Of a stretch of DNA of 64,000 nt, positions 1 through 14,600 are shown in pieces; within the stretch, counting starts at the first letter, position 1, and each line of letters starts with the position of its first letter. The notes below the pieces were generated by a model. The model saw nothing but the letters and a program-made list of their open reading frames with translations, was not told the DNA's origin and searched no databases. Source of the stretch: Chrysomallon squamiferum (lineage: Eukaryota; Animalia; Mollusca). A program made the translations under genes and the position numbers. The stretch is from NCBI GenBank assembly GCA_012295275.1, contig CM022670.1, positions 40,424,001-40,488,000 on the forward strand, written 5' to 3'.

Positions 1-3000
1 ATTTGCAAGAGTAGGTGCTTTTCTTTGTGGCCAGCCACATTCTGAGACCTGCAATGGAATAGAATGAAAACATTTGATCAGGCTACTTCATGGTTTGGTT
101 ATTTTCACTGTAATTAATCTCAACTTGAGTAGCAATATATTTGGAATGATAAAATAAAATGGCTGTTCACATTTGTTATGCAATTACAATTATAACAAAG
201 GCATTTTAGACATTTGAAATACTAACAAAATAAGACTAAGAAAGGAACTCCTATAACATGTATTATTCAAAAACATTAGACTTTTAAGCCATTTTAACTT
301 TCTTCTTTTTTCTTTCATGATGTCATTTTCAAATACTGCAACTCTGAGGCTCTCAGTATTGATTGTTTTGTTCAGTAAATTTGTAGCAGAAAGCTTTTGG
401 GGATTTTGGTTACACATATCCATTTGTTTTTAACATGAAAAACTGTGAAATAAAAAAAAATAAAAAGATTATTGTAACTTACCCGGTTTTCAAATTTACT
501 TGACTTATATGACCTCTGTGATAAATTGTACACAGCATAGCAGTTGTGATGTCGAGATTCAAGATAGGCTCTCACATCATCAATGTGATTCTTCACAGCA
601 GATTCTACACCTTCAGCAGGGAATGACATTACTGAAAGAAAATAAATTGTTGCTCTATAGCTAATTTGTTAAATAAATTGTTGCTCTATAGCTAATTTGT
701 TAAATAAATTGTTGCTCTATAGCTAATTTGTGAAATAAATTGTTGCTCTATAGCTAATTTGTTAAATAAATTGTTGCTCTACAGCTAATTTGTAAATAAA
801 TTGTTGCTCTATAGCTAATTTGTAAATAAATTGTTGCTCTATAGCTAATTTGTTAAACAAATTTCAATTCTCCCATTATTATTAATGAATCTGTTTTGAC
901 AAATATTTGTTTTTTAACCAGTGAAAGTCCTGTATTTACATATCTGAATCAATTCTGGTTTTTTCTCTATCAAGTACGTGATACCTAAAATGTGACTAGA
1001 TAGTAATGAAATAAAAACACACAGTTTAGTCAAGAAAAACAATACTTTTAATAGATTTTTAAATTTTATTACAGAGAAAGGAAACAAACCTAATATATTT
1101 ACATATAAATGAAATACTTACTTGCAATTCTTGTGGTAATATATGAGAAATCCAAATCAGTTTTGTTGATTGTCCTGCAAAAAAAAGAAGAAACATTTTT
1201 ATATTTTCAAAATTTATGAGCATTCACATAAATGTTAGTGTAAAATGATACCAGTTTAAAAAATGAAATTTAATTATGATTTCTTTAACCACTGTATAAC
1301 TGGATTATTTTTTTCACCTTTCATGAACTACATAAACTATATAAAAGTAAATTCTTCAAGTTGGTACTATTATTATTATTATTATTGATTACTGAATGTT
1401 ATTTTGACCAGCTGTTCCTTAAAAATATGGCTTAACTTTAACAACTGAAGCTAGCAAAACAAACTGAGCTAAGTAACAGTATAATATTGTATTTAGTTAG
1501 GTTGTTGTTGTAAAAAAAATAAGGGATCAAAACAGAAATGATTTGTTAAGATTCCATCAGTTTTCTGGCCAGTGGAAGTAACTGATTAGTAAAAAATATT
1601 AATTTAATTTAATATATATATACATAAATTCATACTTGATAAAATCATAATTTATTACAATATTTTCATGCAGCCACTTGTTTTTCTTTTCAGAACTGGT
1701 TATCTGGTTGTGTGTTAAGTTAAATCTATGTGTGAAGCTAATCTCACACAACATATCAATGTTAATTACGCACTGTTTTCTTCTGCCAATCACTTGCATC
1801 AAGGACGCTGAATCCAGAGTTTGTGCTAAGTTGCCACTTGAGACCATTCCAAGATAAGAACAAAAATAACACTAACCAGATGTCTCACAGAAAGAAATGA
1901 GAAAAGTAAACAAAAAAAAAAAAAAAAGAAAAGAAACTGGGTGAATCATGAATGATATATTATGACTGACCCAGGCTCTGAATATCTTGTGTCTGTTCAC
2001 ACTGTGAACTTTTCTAAGTAGATATAAAACAACCAGGCAACATGAAATCTAGGAAACAAAAAAACAATTCACTCACGCAGATACTGTTTCCATGACTTTG
2101 TTGGAAGCATCTTTGATATTTTTCACCAGGCTGCCAGCGCTTCCCTTCAGGGAATTAAAAATGGACCCAGCACTTAATTGTTGACTAGGAGGTTCAGGAG
2201 GTAAAGGTCGGGAATAAATGTTCTCTGGCGGTTCTGTGATAACAAAAAATGAAAAATGATCAGTTTAAACATTAGTAATGAATATGGTGATAAATGTATT
2301 CTTATTTAAAAAAACAATGATTAACAATATTTTATCAAATCATTTTTTTCAATTGCTTATTTTCATTTTTTTTTTTTTTAATTTAATTTCTGTTACAATC
2401 AGGCATCAAAATGGTGGATAGAAAATGAAGAAATTTAATTAGTTTAAACTGACTCTTATTCACTGTAACTTACAAAACATAAACATTTACTGACCAATGA
2501 ATAGTAATAAAAAGAATGTTCTATGTCACTAGCTTATTATCATATGTTTATAATGGTATCCTTATTTCCAAGGTGTCAAATGTTTCAAATTAACATGCTG
2601 ATCTGAAAAATGCACAACTGGTACCTGATGGTGGAGGAATTACATTCTCCATTCCTTCGAGCTGTATTGGATCTCGTAGATTAGCATTTCTTGCTGCTGC
2701 TACTTGGTGAAGTCGGTCAATAATGTCGTTGACATTTGGCCTGTCACCTGGATCAATCTTCAACATGCTTTCTGTAAATAACCAATACACATTTTAGTTT
2801 AAATGATGCTTAAGAAATTTAGTATTTAAAAAAACAAACAGGCTCCATATTTTTAATAAGCAAATACAATAAAATATTAAAAATTAAATTAAATTTTATG
2901 TATGTAATGTTATGCTGAATTAAAAGTTCCCAAAAAGTAAAATTGAAAAAAATATTTTCAACTTATATTTTTTAGTTAGGTGTTCCAAGAATATGTACTT

Positions 3001-6000
3001 TGTTACTATATGTCATTTTAGACGTAGAAACTGGAATAGAAATTTAATTGTTTACCTAACTATATGTATGATCCTCTAATAATATATCAACAGTAGTTCT
3101 TAATTAAAAAAAATAATACTTAAAAATGAATAATAAACTAAAGCTTTTCTGATGATTTAGGTAACATGTGGCACTTACTGATGAGATCGTGGAACACTGT
3201 GTATTCAGTATCAGATTCTGGAATGGCGAAATTGGCATTTAAGATTCTCAGTTTGGCCGAGTCTTCGAAGGGATGCTCAGAAAAACACAGTTTAAACAGA
3301 ATACATCCCAGAGCCCAAACATCACCTGCCTCATTGATTGGATAATTCTGGTAAAGATCCAACATTTCTGGAGCTCTGTACATGGGAGTTGTGTTCTTTG
3401 CAATCTAAGAAAAACAACATTCAGTTTATTAATCATTTCACACAACAGATCTTTTCCGGTCTAGAACTGTTTAAATTTAATATTACTGCAGTCCAGCTGA
3501 AAGGCAATTTCTTTAAAAGACTTTATGTGTTTTTTCATTTTGTTTTTCTCACAGAAGACAGCTTGTCTAGCTGTGTTTGGAAAATCAATATAATCAATAA
3601 CAACTGAAGTCAATTCAGATTAGCTGGCTTTTTAGAGAGTAACTGCATTAAATAACTCTCAACAGTTCACACCATTACAATTGGAAAGAAATACTGAGAG
3701 TGATTGGAACACACACATACATAAAGCATTATCAATGGCTGCTTTTATTTCAAATAAATATATATGTATTCTGAAATAGTAAAATACAAAGGGCTTAAAT
3801 TTGATTTAGTATATTCTTTTTATTGTCAGTATAGTAATCCAGTATCCTTGATCATGTAATAATGTAATAAAAAGAAACAACAAAAAACAATAACAAACAA
3901 ACAAACAAATAATAACAAACAATTAATTATTTATTTTACTCAAAAAAAAATATGATTATGGAAATACAACTACAGTTTCCGTGCCTTTGGTTGAAATGCA
4001 TGTATACATTTAAACAAAAAAAAAAGGTTTAAAAACTGAAGATTAAAAAACAAAGTAAAAAAATAAAAATTTAAAAACAAATACATCAATTCCAAACATA
4101 GTTTTCATATAAATTATAATAATGATTTTAAAAAAAGCCCCAAAAGCTCATACAAAATAAACAAAAAATAATTCATGTAAAATTAGTTGTTTATATTACT
4201 TATTACAAAGTTCTAAAGAATTCAAGTAGATTATTCAGAACTTTCTCACAGAAAATAAAAACAAACTACACTGAATTAGGCACGATTAAACTTTGGACAA
4301 ACTTCCATCATGAAACTGTTTAAGCATGCTTGGTTGTGATATGGTATATCATTTTGTCCAAGACAGCTAGTGGATAGGAAAATGATTTACTTCAAGTGAT
4401 CTCACACAAAGAAACAAACCTACCTCATCTTCTACTAGACTCCTCTTGATGGCAGACCAGGAGTTGTCTGGGTAGTAACCCTCTATCGTGGCACTGCCGA
4501 AGTCACACAGTTTCACGAGGCCATTAGAACTGGTGAGAAGGTTTTCTATCTTCAGGTCTCTGTGAATGATTGGTGGTTTCTGCTTGTGCATGTGCTGCAC
4601 AGCCTTGCATGTCTGGTAGAACACTTTAAGTACCTGGTCACAGGGCAGCGGTGTGTCACGATGGTTCAGAATCTGAACCAGATCAGGTCCTGATTGCAGA
4701 AAAACAGAAAAAGTACAATCTTCATTTGTTGTTTGTTTGCTTCATTTCTTATTTTCATAACGGGTTCATATTTAAATTATCTCTGTTCAGAATTTATGTT
4801 ATTTTTTTTTTTTGTTATAAACCATTAATACATAATAGTAAATATTTATAAATGCTAAAAATATTGTGTCTTTTCTTCCAGGTTTTCAATCTTATAATTT
4901 TATTAGTTCTTAAAGACCTCTGTGATTAATTTTCCATATATAATAAAGTTCAAGACTGAAAAATCTAAGTGTTAAAAAAGCCAGAAGTAGGAGATTAAAA
5001 CAATAATATGAACTTTAAAATGGCTCACCTGAACAGAGTTCTGTAAGAATTAAATACTCGTGTTGTCCATGATCTGATTCCTCCTTGCCTATTGCTGCTG
5101 CTGTTATGAACTGGACAATGTTGGGATGTCCACTTAGTTTTTTCTTTTAATGGTTAAGGGTAACATTTGAACAGGTTTTTAAACTACTAATTGAAAACAT
5201 AATTTATTTTTTTAATACTGGATTTATATATATATAAAATTTATTTTGACATTTAGTTGATATAAACAGTCAATATATTCTAATAAATTTTTTCTTTTTT
5301 TTTAAATTTAATTAAATGTTTATATTAATAGCAGAATATCTGTTTTATAAAGGATACAAGGAATCGAATCTCCTGCATAACACATTTCATTTTTTCTTCA
5401 TCATTTGCTAGTAACCTCTAAAAATGTGTGGAAAAAAAAATATAAATGACATTTAACATTTCAAAAAAATATTGCATATTTAATGTCAAGATAAAAATCA
5501 TATTACTAAAAGCCATTATTTTAACTCTGAAAATCATTAAGTAAGATGATTCTTATTTTATTTTTTATTTTACAGTTAGAAGAAAACACACAACACACTC
5601 ACAATTAAATAAATAAAAAATATTAATTTTAAATATTTTGAAAAATAAATGGCATAATTAAATAACTTTATTTTTTATACTTACTTTTAATGCATAATTT
5701 TTTCCAGAATTAATATCTTGGGCTACAAAAACAAAACCAAAGCCACCTGAAATAAAAAAAAATAATTAAAAAAAAAAAAAATTCATATTAAAAGCCAACA
5801 TGAACATCATTTAATATCATGCCAGTTCTAGACTGAAGAATGTAAATTCACATATTAGTTTATTTTTCCACAATGAATCAACCAACTCTACATTAATATC
5901 ATAAACTGGTTTCTGAAATCTCGTGTTCTCTACAAAGCTTTTAGTAACAATTGATTAATCTGCTTTATCTGCTATTCTAGGCACCCACTATTACTGAATG

Positions 6001-6685
6001 TAGTATTAAAATAAAACTAAGATATTATTAAAATAAATATATATATCTGAAAGAAACAAGTCATAATTATATTTTTAATTAAATGAAAATCATGGTAATA
6101 GATCAGATTGTAAAGGTTATAGTGCGACATGTTTTTGTTGTTTTACTTTTTTGCTATTATATTTTCCATTCTGACAACCCAAATTGATTTCTAACTCAGT
6201 AACTTATTAATTTAATTATTGGGATTTTGATGGGGTCTGACTTTGGAGATTGATTCTCAAACACAACATGTCTTGTAAATGTTTGGAGCCTGGACAGAAC
6301 CATTCCTGCTGTGGTAAATAGCAAAGCACATAGTTTATGGATTAAAATTTTACTGTTTTCATAAATATGCATTATTTATTATGGATGCTGGATGATAAAT
6401 TTGAATAAACACATCAGCTGCTTTGATTTGAGCACAATCATCAACTATCATGATGCTCTGTAACTGTATTACTCATCTAAAGAAATTAATGTGAATTAAC
6501 AATGATTTTACTTATCAAAGCAAGAACAAAACTAAGAAAACCTTTTTATATTTATATTTCAAATATTACACTTATAATACTTGTACCTTTAATTATTCTT
6601 AGTCTCAGTGTTAAAGACATGTTATAGCCCCTATAGGGTATATTAGTACTAATGACTAGCTGAGTTTGTATACTGTATAGGCTTA

Positions 6686-6721
<36 letters not shown>

Positions 6722-7821
6722 TCACTCACTCACTCAAACACACACACACAAACATCTGATGAAATAAGCTGATGTCAAATAATTTCCTTGAAAATAATGT
6801 TAAACATTAATTTATCTATTTTACTGATAACAGAGAAGCAGTTTTTTAATTAGGGATACTGACTAAATTAAAGTGATTTAAAAACAGAAGTTGTCACTTA
6901 TGAGTAATCCTAAATCAGCCAGTGTTCATATTGTGTATAATAATAATACAAATTTACTTTAGTATTTACTGTTAATATTATTCTTTAAATGTGTTTTGGA
7001 AAATTGAGTGACGATTGATGAAAGGACATTATTGATTAGTATTTTTTTTTAACTTAAGTGTGGAAAATAAAAATACATGTGTAAAGAAAGATATGCTGTT
7101 CTTTTTAAAGTTGTTTTTAGATTTATATTGTAGACATTCATTGCTGTGTTGAACTTGTTAAAAAAAAACCACATAGGTTTTTCATTACGAAGTTACTTTT
7201 TTAAACAACAAAATAGGATATGCTAAAATTAGTATAACTTTTTACAAAAAATTGAGCTAACAGTTTTGTCAAACTCTAGATTAATTTAAAATAAACAACA
7301 TGAATTATAACTGAATGGATTAGTCATAATAGTGCTATAGAGCATTATTTTGTACAGAAGATAATATTAATAAATGAGACTCTCAAAGACAGTTATCTTA
7401 CTTATCTTAACATGGACTAATAATGAAACTGTACTATAAATTTGAGTAAAAGTATTTACAAATAAATAAAAATAACTATCAATAATATGAATATAATTTA
7501 AGTAAAATAATTAAAAGATCTCAGTAGATGTTTTGTAAAATGAGTGTATCATTTTTTGATGTAATATTAAATAACTGAAAAACATAATGTTATGCTTAGT
7601 GTACCAGACAAATCATTAAAAACTGAAAATGAAAACTCGAAAGTGTCAAATGACAGAACTGACAATCACAATGTTAGAAAATTAGATGTACCTTCAGCAA
7701 TCACTTTCTTCACGCGTAGTTTTTGATCACCAAGTTCTACACTTTGCCCAACAAAATCTACATCTGGTCGGCCTTGACCGCCTATTAAATTGCCAAAAGC
7801 AGATTTAAAGAAATCGGCCAT
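1..7821 (-). CDS. GAK: Cyclin G-associated kinase / auxilin-2, first 11 coding exons (continues beyond the left edge)
   Basis: Exons 7821-7692, 5746-5685, 5417-5358, 5143-5029, 4689-4424, 3404-3179, 2771-2625, 2233-2077, 1174-1122, 631-483 and 48-1 join in phase. They give MADFFKSAFG..KKVIAEGGFGFVFVAQD..YALKRLL..KKLSGHPNIVQF..HRDLKIEN..CDFGSAT..NTTPMYRAPE (NAK-family kinase), then DLDFSYITTRIAIMSFPAEGVES..YAVYNLS..VSECGWP (start of the PTEN-like domain). Confidence 0.96.
641..860. repeat. Tandem repeat, ~31-bp unit AATAAATTGTTGCTCTATAGCTAATTTGTTA, ~7 copies, in a GAK intron
   Basis: Unit recurs at 641, 672, 703, ~735, ~766, ~795 and ~825. The array abuts the acceptor of GAK exon 631-483. Confidence 0.95.
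5144..5357 (-). other. U12-type (minor spliceosome) GT-AG intron in GAK
   Basis: The minus-strand donor is CTT|GTATCCTTT. The 3' end is CCCTTAACcattaaaag|AAA, a U12 branch box about 10 nt from the AG with no polypyrimidine tract. Flanking exons join in frame (..EIRFL|KKLSGHPN). Confidence 0.9.
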
Positions 7822-8609
7822 AATTACATGTTATATCATAATTTAAAGTAAATAAATTAATGTTTCAGGTACTTGCTGGCGGATCTAATCATGACGTCAC
7901 ACGATGCATATCGTAAAGTAGTCTTAACATTTAAAGCCGATCTAAACAACGAAACGAACCGAAAAGTAACGTAAAGCATTCCTTCGTGTTAATGAATAAT
8001 TTAAAATCTGAAAGAAAATTACAGCAGTAGGACAAAATTTAATAAACTCAAAATACAAACTGAATGCCACACCATGCCTTTATTAATAACAATAACGTTA
8101 ATAGTAATGCATTCTGTTATACTTAACATCAATTATTTATGGTACTGCAAGAATTTATGTATTTAATGGACAAATTAGTGAATGAGTCACTTTATTTATT
8201 CATCCAGGCTGATATTTTCTAATTCGAACTTTACATCATTATATTTTTGTAACTTTTTCAACTTTTATTATTCAATTTTTATTTAAAATCCTTGTGGTTC
8301 TTTAGATATTTTTCATTTTATAAAGTTTTAATTATTATAAATTTAAGATATATTTATATGTATTTTAATTTTTGTTGAATTTTGTTTGCAACTAGTGGTC
8401 AGTATATAGATAAAAAGCATTAAACAAAACAAATATGGTATATACTATTTTTGCAGCAATCGCAAATCGTTTGATTTCAATCAACGTTTTTAGAATTATC
8501 TCTCTTGAAATTTTACCCAACCAAGTGGTGACAATTCATTCGTAGGCGAATGCTTAAAGTGTAATTTTTGAAATAATATATATACATATATATTTTTTTT
8601 AAAAGCAGA
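7822..8609. promoter_or_regulatory. Divergent (probably bidirectional) promoter region of GAK/PRKCSH, with a full CRE palindrome TGACGTCA at 7892-7899
   Basis: The start codons are about 0.8 kb apart on opposite strands. CpGs cluster locally at ~7700-7990 in otherwise CpG-poor DNA. Confidence 0.6.
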
Positions 8610-11600
8610 ATGTTGTGGGCCATATTGTTTTCAGCAGCTGTTGCCTATTGTAATGGAGTTATTGAAAGACCCCGTGGTGTCCCTCCATCAAGTTAGTAAT
8701 TAAAACAAACAAACAAACAAACAAATAAATAAATAAATAAATAAAATTAAATAAAAATAAATGATTATATATATATATATATAATAATTTAAATTATTAT
8801 TTTATTAAAACGTAAAGAACATTTAAAATTATTTTAATAAAAGGGTAAAGAACATTTATAATTATTTTAAAATTACGTTTAATCTGTCTAAATAAATAAA
8901 TAAATAAATTAAAATTAATTGAAACAACATCACTGAGGTATGAATATTAATAATTAACTGATAGAATAAATTAATAGGAGATGCTAATTTCAGTATAGGA
9001 GAAAGTCATGGAAACAATACAATGCTCCATATATATTATATTTGAAATTATTATGATTATTATTATTAAATTGAATTAACAACAGTCAAAATTTGAATCA
9101 AAAACAAATATATTTTATTAGATTTAATTTCAGGATCTTCATATTTTCAGCTGTAATTTGTTAACAGTATTCCATGTACATATTGCAGCACATAACCAAC
9201 TAAATTGTATGTTTACCTCATATCTTATAGTAATAACACTAGGATATGAATTATATATGATTTATTGTTAAACCTTAATCCTGTGAGTTTATTAAGTTAA
9301 TTAATATTGAAAGTTCATTAGGTCACAGGTGTTTAGGTAAACAGAAATCTGCAGAAGCAAGTCTTCCTCAGTGTTCCAATTGGATTATTTCCTATTCAAA
9401 TCAGGTCCTGATGACTAATTAGCAAAATTAGTCCTGATTATTTGTATCTGTGTGATGTAGATGATTTTAAAGTGGAAACAAAATAGTAGCAGGTTTTGTC
9501 AGAGGACTTTATGGCAGAAAATGTTTCACATAAAGAACTAGTGTTGAAGAATTAATCAGTGTGCTATAGAGTTGTTATTAAATTAATAAAATAATAATAA
9601 TAATAAATAAAATAATTACTTAATATATAATATAAATCTTATTTGTTATTTTTAAATTATATAGTATTTATTTGTTTATTTATTTTATTTTTTCAGAAGC
9701 CTCATCATATCAGCCAAATGCGGGTCAAACGTTTACCTGTTTGTCGACAGCTGATGGATCAGTTGTAACGATACCGTTTATTTATGTCAATGATGATTAC
9801 TGTGACTGTGAAGATGGGTCTGATGAACCAGGTATTTTACTGCTTCTGTTCTCTCTTTCTAATTAACCTTGCATCACCTTCCCTTTCCTGAAAAAAATGA
9901 AACATCCAAATTTAAATTCAAATTTTTTTTTTTTTTTTAATTGTTTATATTGTATATAAATATATTATAAGTAAATGGCAAAGATGAACTGAGTTATTTT
10001 ACTGTATGTTTTTAAATATCAGTTTTTTTATTTTAAATATATATATATATTTTTTTAATCATTAAATGCAAAACTGTCATCATTCTGAGCCAATATTATT
10101 AAATTTTATAAAGTTTGTTTCTTTTGTAAAATGAAATCCATATGTAGTACGTGTAAATTATAATAATATTATAAGACAAAATAAGCAGAAACTCCAACAG
10201 ATACATATTTTAAAGATATTTCTTTTTATAGGTACATCAGCTTGTGAAAATGGCAGGTTTTACTGTGATAATAAAGGTTACAGAGGAGAATACATTTTAT
10301 CTTCAAGAGTTAATGATGGCATTTGTGGTGAGTAATTTATAAAAACCATTTGAAGTAATGTGCATTATTGATGTGTATTTTGTAACTAATATTATATATT
10401 ATGGAAAATTAATTATTGTAATTATGTGTATTTGGAATGGGTGAATTGTATTATGGAAGTTACACCATTTTGAAACTTCAGTCTGTTTAATGTTATTTTT
10501 AGACTGCTGTGATGGCTCAGATGAATACTCTGGTGAAAAGATTCAGTGCAACAATTTGTGCATGTAAGTAAAATATATTATAATGTGATAAAAACACGAA
10601 GAAAAAAATTTCATTCCTTTTACAATCCAACAAGAAGTTCATCTTATAAAAATACATTTTTTTCATTACCTGTTTATTATTAATGTTTGAATTGAGTTAT
10701 AGTCTTTAAAGCACATATCTATGAAGCTTTATGTTAATCAGTCCGTTTCATGGGTTGAATTTGTAACATTTATTGCAGTGAACTTGGTCGTCAGCAGAGA
10801 GAAGAGTTAATGGCAATGAAGAAGTTGAGAGAAGCGGGTTACAAAGTGAAGCAGGAGTATATGCAGAAAGGAAAAATTGCACGAGACGAAAAACAGGTTT
10901 GAGGCATTTGTCATCATTTATTTTATAAACTGATAAAGACAGTTAATTATGTGAGATGTCCATTCCAGATTATCAAAAGTGTTGAGAAGTCCCTTCCAGA
11001 GCATCAATACTGTTGAAAAGTCCATTCTAGATCATCAACACTGTTGAGAAATCCTTTCTGGATTATCATTATTGTTGAGAAGTCCACTCCAACATTGTGG
11101 TTTAATTTTGTATAATAAAATGGGATGTTTATAAATTAAATATAACTATAGAAATTATACTTATCTACTTGTTTTTTTTTTTTTTTTTTTTTTTTTTTCA
11201 GTCTCGACTGAAACAAATAGAACAAGATCAGGAACAGTTGGTTTCTGAGAGAACAGAACTGGAAGGTATTTCATTAAATGGGGACAGAAAACTGGCTTTT
11301 TTAATTAATTTTTTTTTAATTTTTATTTGTTTCTCTGTTTAAAAATAACAACAAAACAAAGCAAAGCTATGCCTTCTGACTAACGTGGTTGGGTTTTTAT
11401 GCATGTAAAAAAAAGGTTAAAATTCACACTTTCTCTTTGACTCTACTAAAAAGTCATGTCTTGGTTTATCAGTTTTCTGTTAATTTCTTTTCTTTGGGAG
11501 CCACTCAGAAAGGAGTGGTGGTAGCTCACACTTCACAAATAATGCTGTCCTTACACATTGCATTTCTGAATAATGACTCAAAATTCACCTGGACTAATTA

Positions 11601-14600
11601 AGTGGATAAGTATGTCTTTAGCCCTACTGTAGTATGGATGGACTGGATGGATTGCTGTTACATTTTACAGTTGTCAGATTTTCTTTCAACCTGAACAAAT
11701 ACAAGTCATTTCTTTTATTCAAAGTCATTTAAAGTTTATTATAAAAAAATGTTTCATTAATGTAATTAGGTGGCTAGAATGTGCTATATTTTAAATAAGA
11801 TATATATAAAAAAAAACCTGTAGAAATCAGAACTGAAAATAAATATTTTACTGAGGGTTTAAACTTTTTGTACATATGCATATGTACATTCACGTGAATA
11901 TTGACACAGACATATGCACTTGCTCACATTTAAGCACATGCACATGCAAATACAGACACACTAGTACATAAAGTGACTTCACCTTATATGCTTACAAAAT
12001 TCACATTCAGATCAACACAAACAAAAAAGATAATGATAAATCAGTGAAACATAATTTGTGCTGGACACATAAATCTAAAATTAGGAAAAAAGATTTATGT
12101 GTTAGGATACAAAGAAATACGTTTGATGGATACATACACTTTGCTAGTTATAATCTTAATTTATAACTGACATTTAATGAAATTTGTAAAACAAAACAAA
12201 AAAGCAATGTATGTTTTCTTAGAACTGTCATTTGTTTTTAAAAAAGAAAAGAAAAATATTAGTTAATATTATATATACTTGACATCCAAAATCTAATAGC
12301 AAACCTTTCTTAATAACTTTAAAAACAGATGCATTTGTTTCTTCTGTCACTGGTAAATGCACTGCACATTAAATGTCTTAGTCACACATTGTTTCTGGTG
12401 GCAGGCAGTGACCCTGTGAGATCTGTTGCACGTCTTTTTTTTTTACAATAAATTGATACCACAGATAAGTACCCAGAATTAGCTCCTGGAATTTATGGAC
12501 ATCTGTATGGTTGGTTCCGAAAGTGCCATTGCTTTGGTTGGTTTATTCAGTGTGTTAGGAAGTTGGCAGGCAGAAATCCTCAGCAGAAACAACCTGTTCC
12601 TGATAACACAATGGCAGCCGGTTAGTGTCTGTAGTATTATCAAAGAATGACAGAAACCAGTGTCTGTAGTAATATCAAAGAATGACAGAAACCAGTGTCT
12701 GTAGTATTATCAAAGAATGACAGAAACCAGTGTCTGTAGTAATATCAGAGAATGACAGAAACCAGTGTCTGTAGTAATATCAAAGAATGACAGAAACCAC
12801 TGTCTGTAGTATTATCAAAGAATGACAGAAACCAGTGTCTGTAGTATTACCAAAGAATGACAGAAACCAGTGTCTGTAGTATTACCAAAGAATGACAGAA
12901 ACCAGTGTCTGTAGTAATATCAAAGAATGACAGAAACCAGTGTCTGTAGTAATATCAGAGAATGACAGAAACCAGTGTCTGTAGTAATATCAAAGAATGA
13001 CAGAAACCACTGTCTGTAGTATTATCAAAGAATGACAGAAACCAGTGTCTGTAGTATTACCAGAGAATGACAGAAACCAGTGTCTGTAGTAATATCAAAG
13101 AATGACAGAAACCACTGTCTGTAGTATTATCAAAGAATGACAGAAACCAGTGTCTGTAGTATTACCAAAGAATGACAGAAACCAGTGTCTGTAGTATTAC
13201 CAAAGAATGACAGAAACCAGTGTCTGTAGTAATATCAAAGAATGACAGAAACCAGTGTCTGTAGTAATATCAGAGAATGACAGAAACCAGTGTCTGTAGT
13301 AATATCAAAGAATGACAGAAACCACTGTCTGTAGTATTATCAAAGAATGACAGAAACCAGTGTCTGTAGTATTACCAAAGAATGACAGAAACCAGTGTCT
13401 GTAGTATTATCAAAGAATGACAGAAACCAGTGTCTGTAGTAATATCAAAGAATGACAGAAACCAGTGTCTGTAGTATTACCAAAGAATGACAGAAACCAG
13501 TGTATGTAGTAATATCAAAGAATGACAGAAACCAGTGTCTGTAGTAATATCAAAGAATGACAGAAACCAGTGTCTGTAGTATTATCAAAGAATGACAGAA
13601 ACCAGTGTCTGTAGTAATATCAAAGAATGACAGAAACCAGTGTCTGTAGTATTACCAAAGAATGACAGAAACCAGTGTCTGTAGTATTACCAAAGAATGA
13701 CAGAAACCAGTGTCTGTAGTAATATCAAAGAATGACAGAAACCACTGTCTGTAGTAATATCAAAGAATGACAGAAACCAGGGGAAGGCATCAGGGATGAT
13801 TAGGGGTTCACAGTGTATGTGTTCTAATAATAATCTACATTGTGGGTCTGCCTCATGTCCATAATTATCATATATTCAGTCCTTCCCTGGATGTAAGAGT
13901 CTCAGTCATTTTATTACATTACCATATCATTTGTGCTCTGTCTGGCATATCTAGGTACATTGTAAGTTGTATTCAGTTAAACATGTCACCCTAAAGAATT
14001 GCTGGTTGTTGTCATGAGGCAAAATAATTTAAGATGAAGGTAACTTTCTTAGATCTGATGATGTGCTAGGCAGGTTGGTTCTACTGTTCTATTTTCGTAA
14101 CTGTTAATTCTGGTAGGTATTGCACTGTATATACAACATTCAGGAGTGTGCAAAACTTCAGATCATTGGAGATTATTTTTCAAGGTACACATAATTTAGG
14201 CAGAACCAGAAAGAGAATAGATACAAGAATTTCAGGCAGAAATAAAGTAAGTAAAGAGAAACAGTTGTTTAAATAAAAAAGTTATTTTAGTTGATTTTTT
14301 AGTTATCTTGCTGGGGCTTTTTGTTATAAAATTTCCTTTTTTTTAAATTTAATTTTCACTTTGTTTACTCTGTGTTAGATTTAACTTAGTGTTAATCTCA
14401 TCTGTATTAATCACATTCACCTGGGTGATCATGTGTTAATCACATTCACCTGGGTGACTAGCTGCAGGAGCAGTGTTGAAGCAGGAAGAACAGTGGTTAT
14501 ACTGAGTGCTTTATTGTCAGAAGGCATAGCTCACAGTTTTAATCATAGGTCACATAATATCATTTACTCATCATGCATTACAAAAACACATTGATACCTG

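Noticed and set aside
1599-1847. ORF MVSSGNLAQTLDSAS.. as an alternative first exon giving a kinase-less auxilin-like GAK isoform
   Set aside because: Its plausible donor (TGC|GTAATT) is phase 0, whereas the next GAK exon needs phase 2, and the phase-2 frame has a stop.
2555-3850. GTATCCTT motifs at ~2555 and ~3842 as further U12 donors
   Set aside because: They are on the plus strand, antisense to GAK, and not at any exon boundary.
12625-13780. 35-bp repeat array as a CRISPR
   Set aside because: The units are contiguous with no unique spacers, there are no cas genes, and the array lies in a eukaryotic intron. It is a minisatellite.
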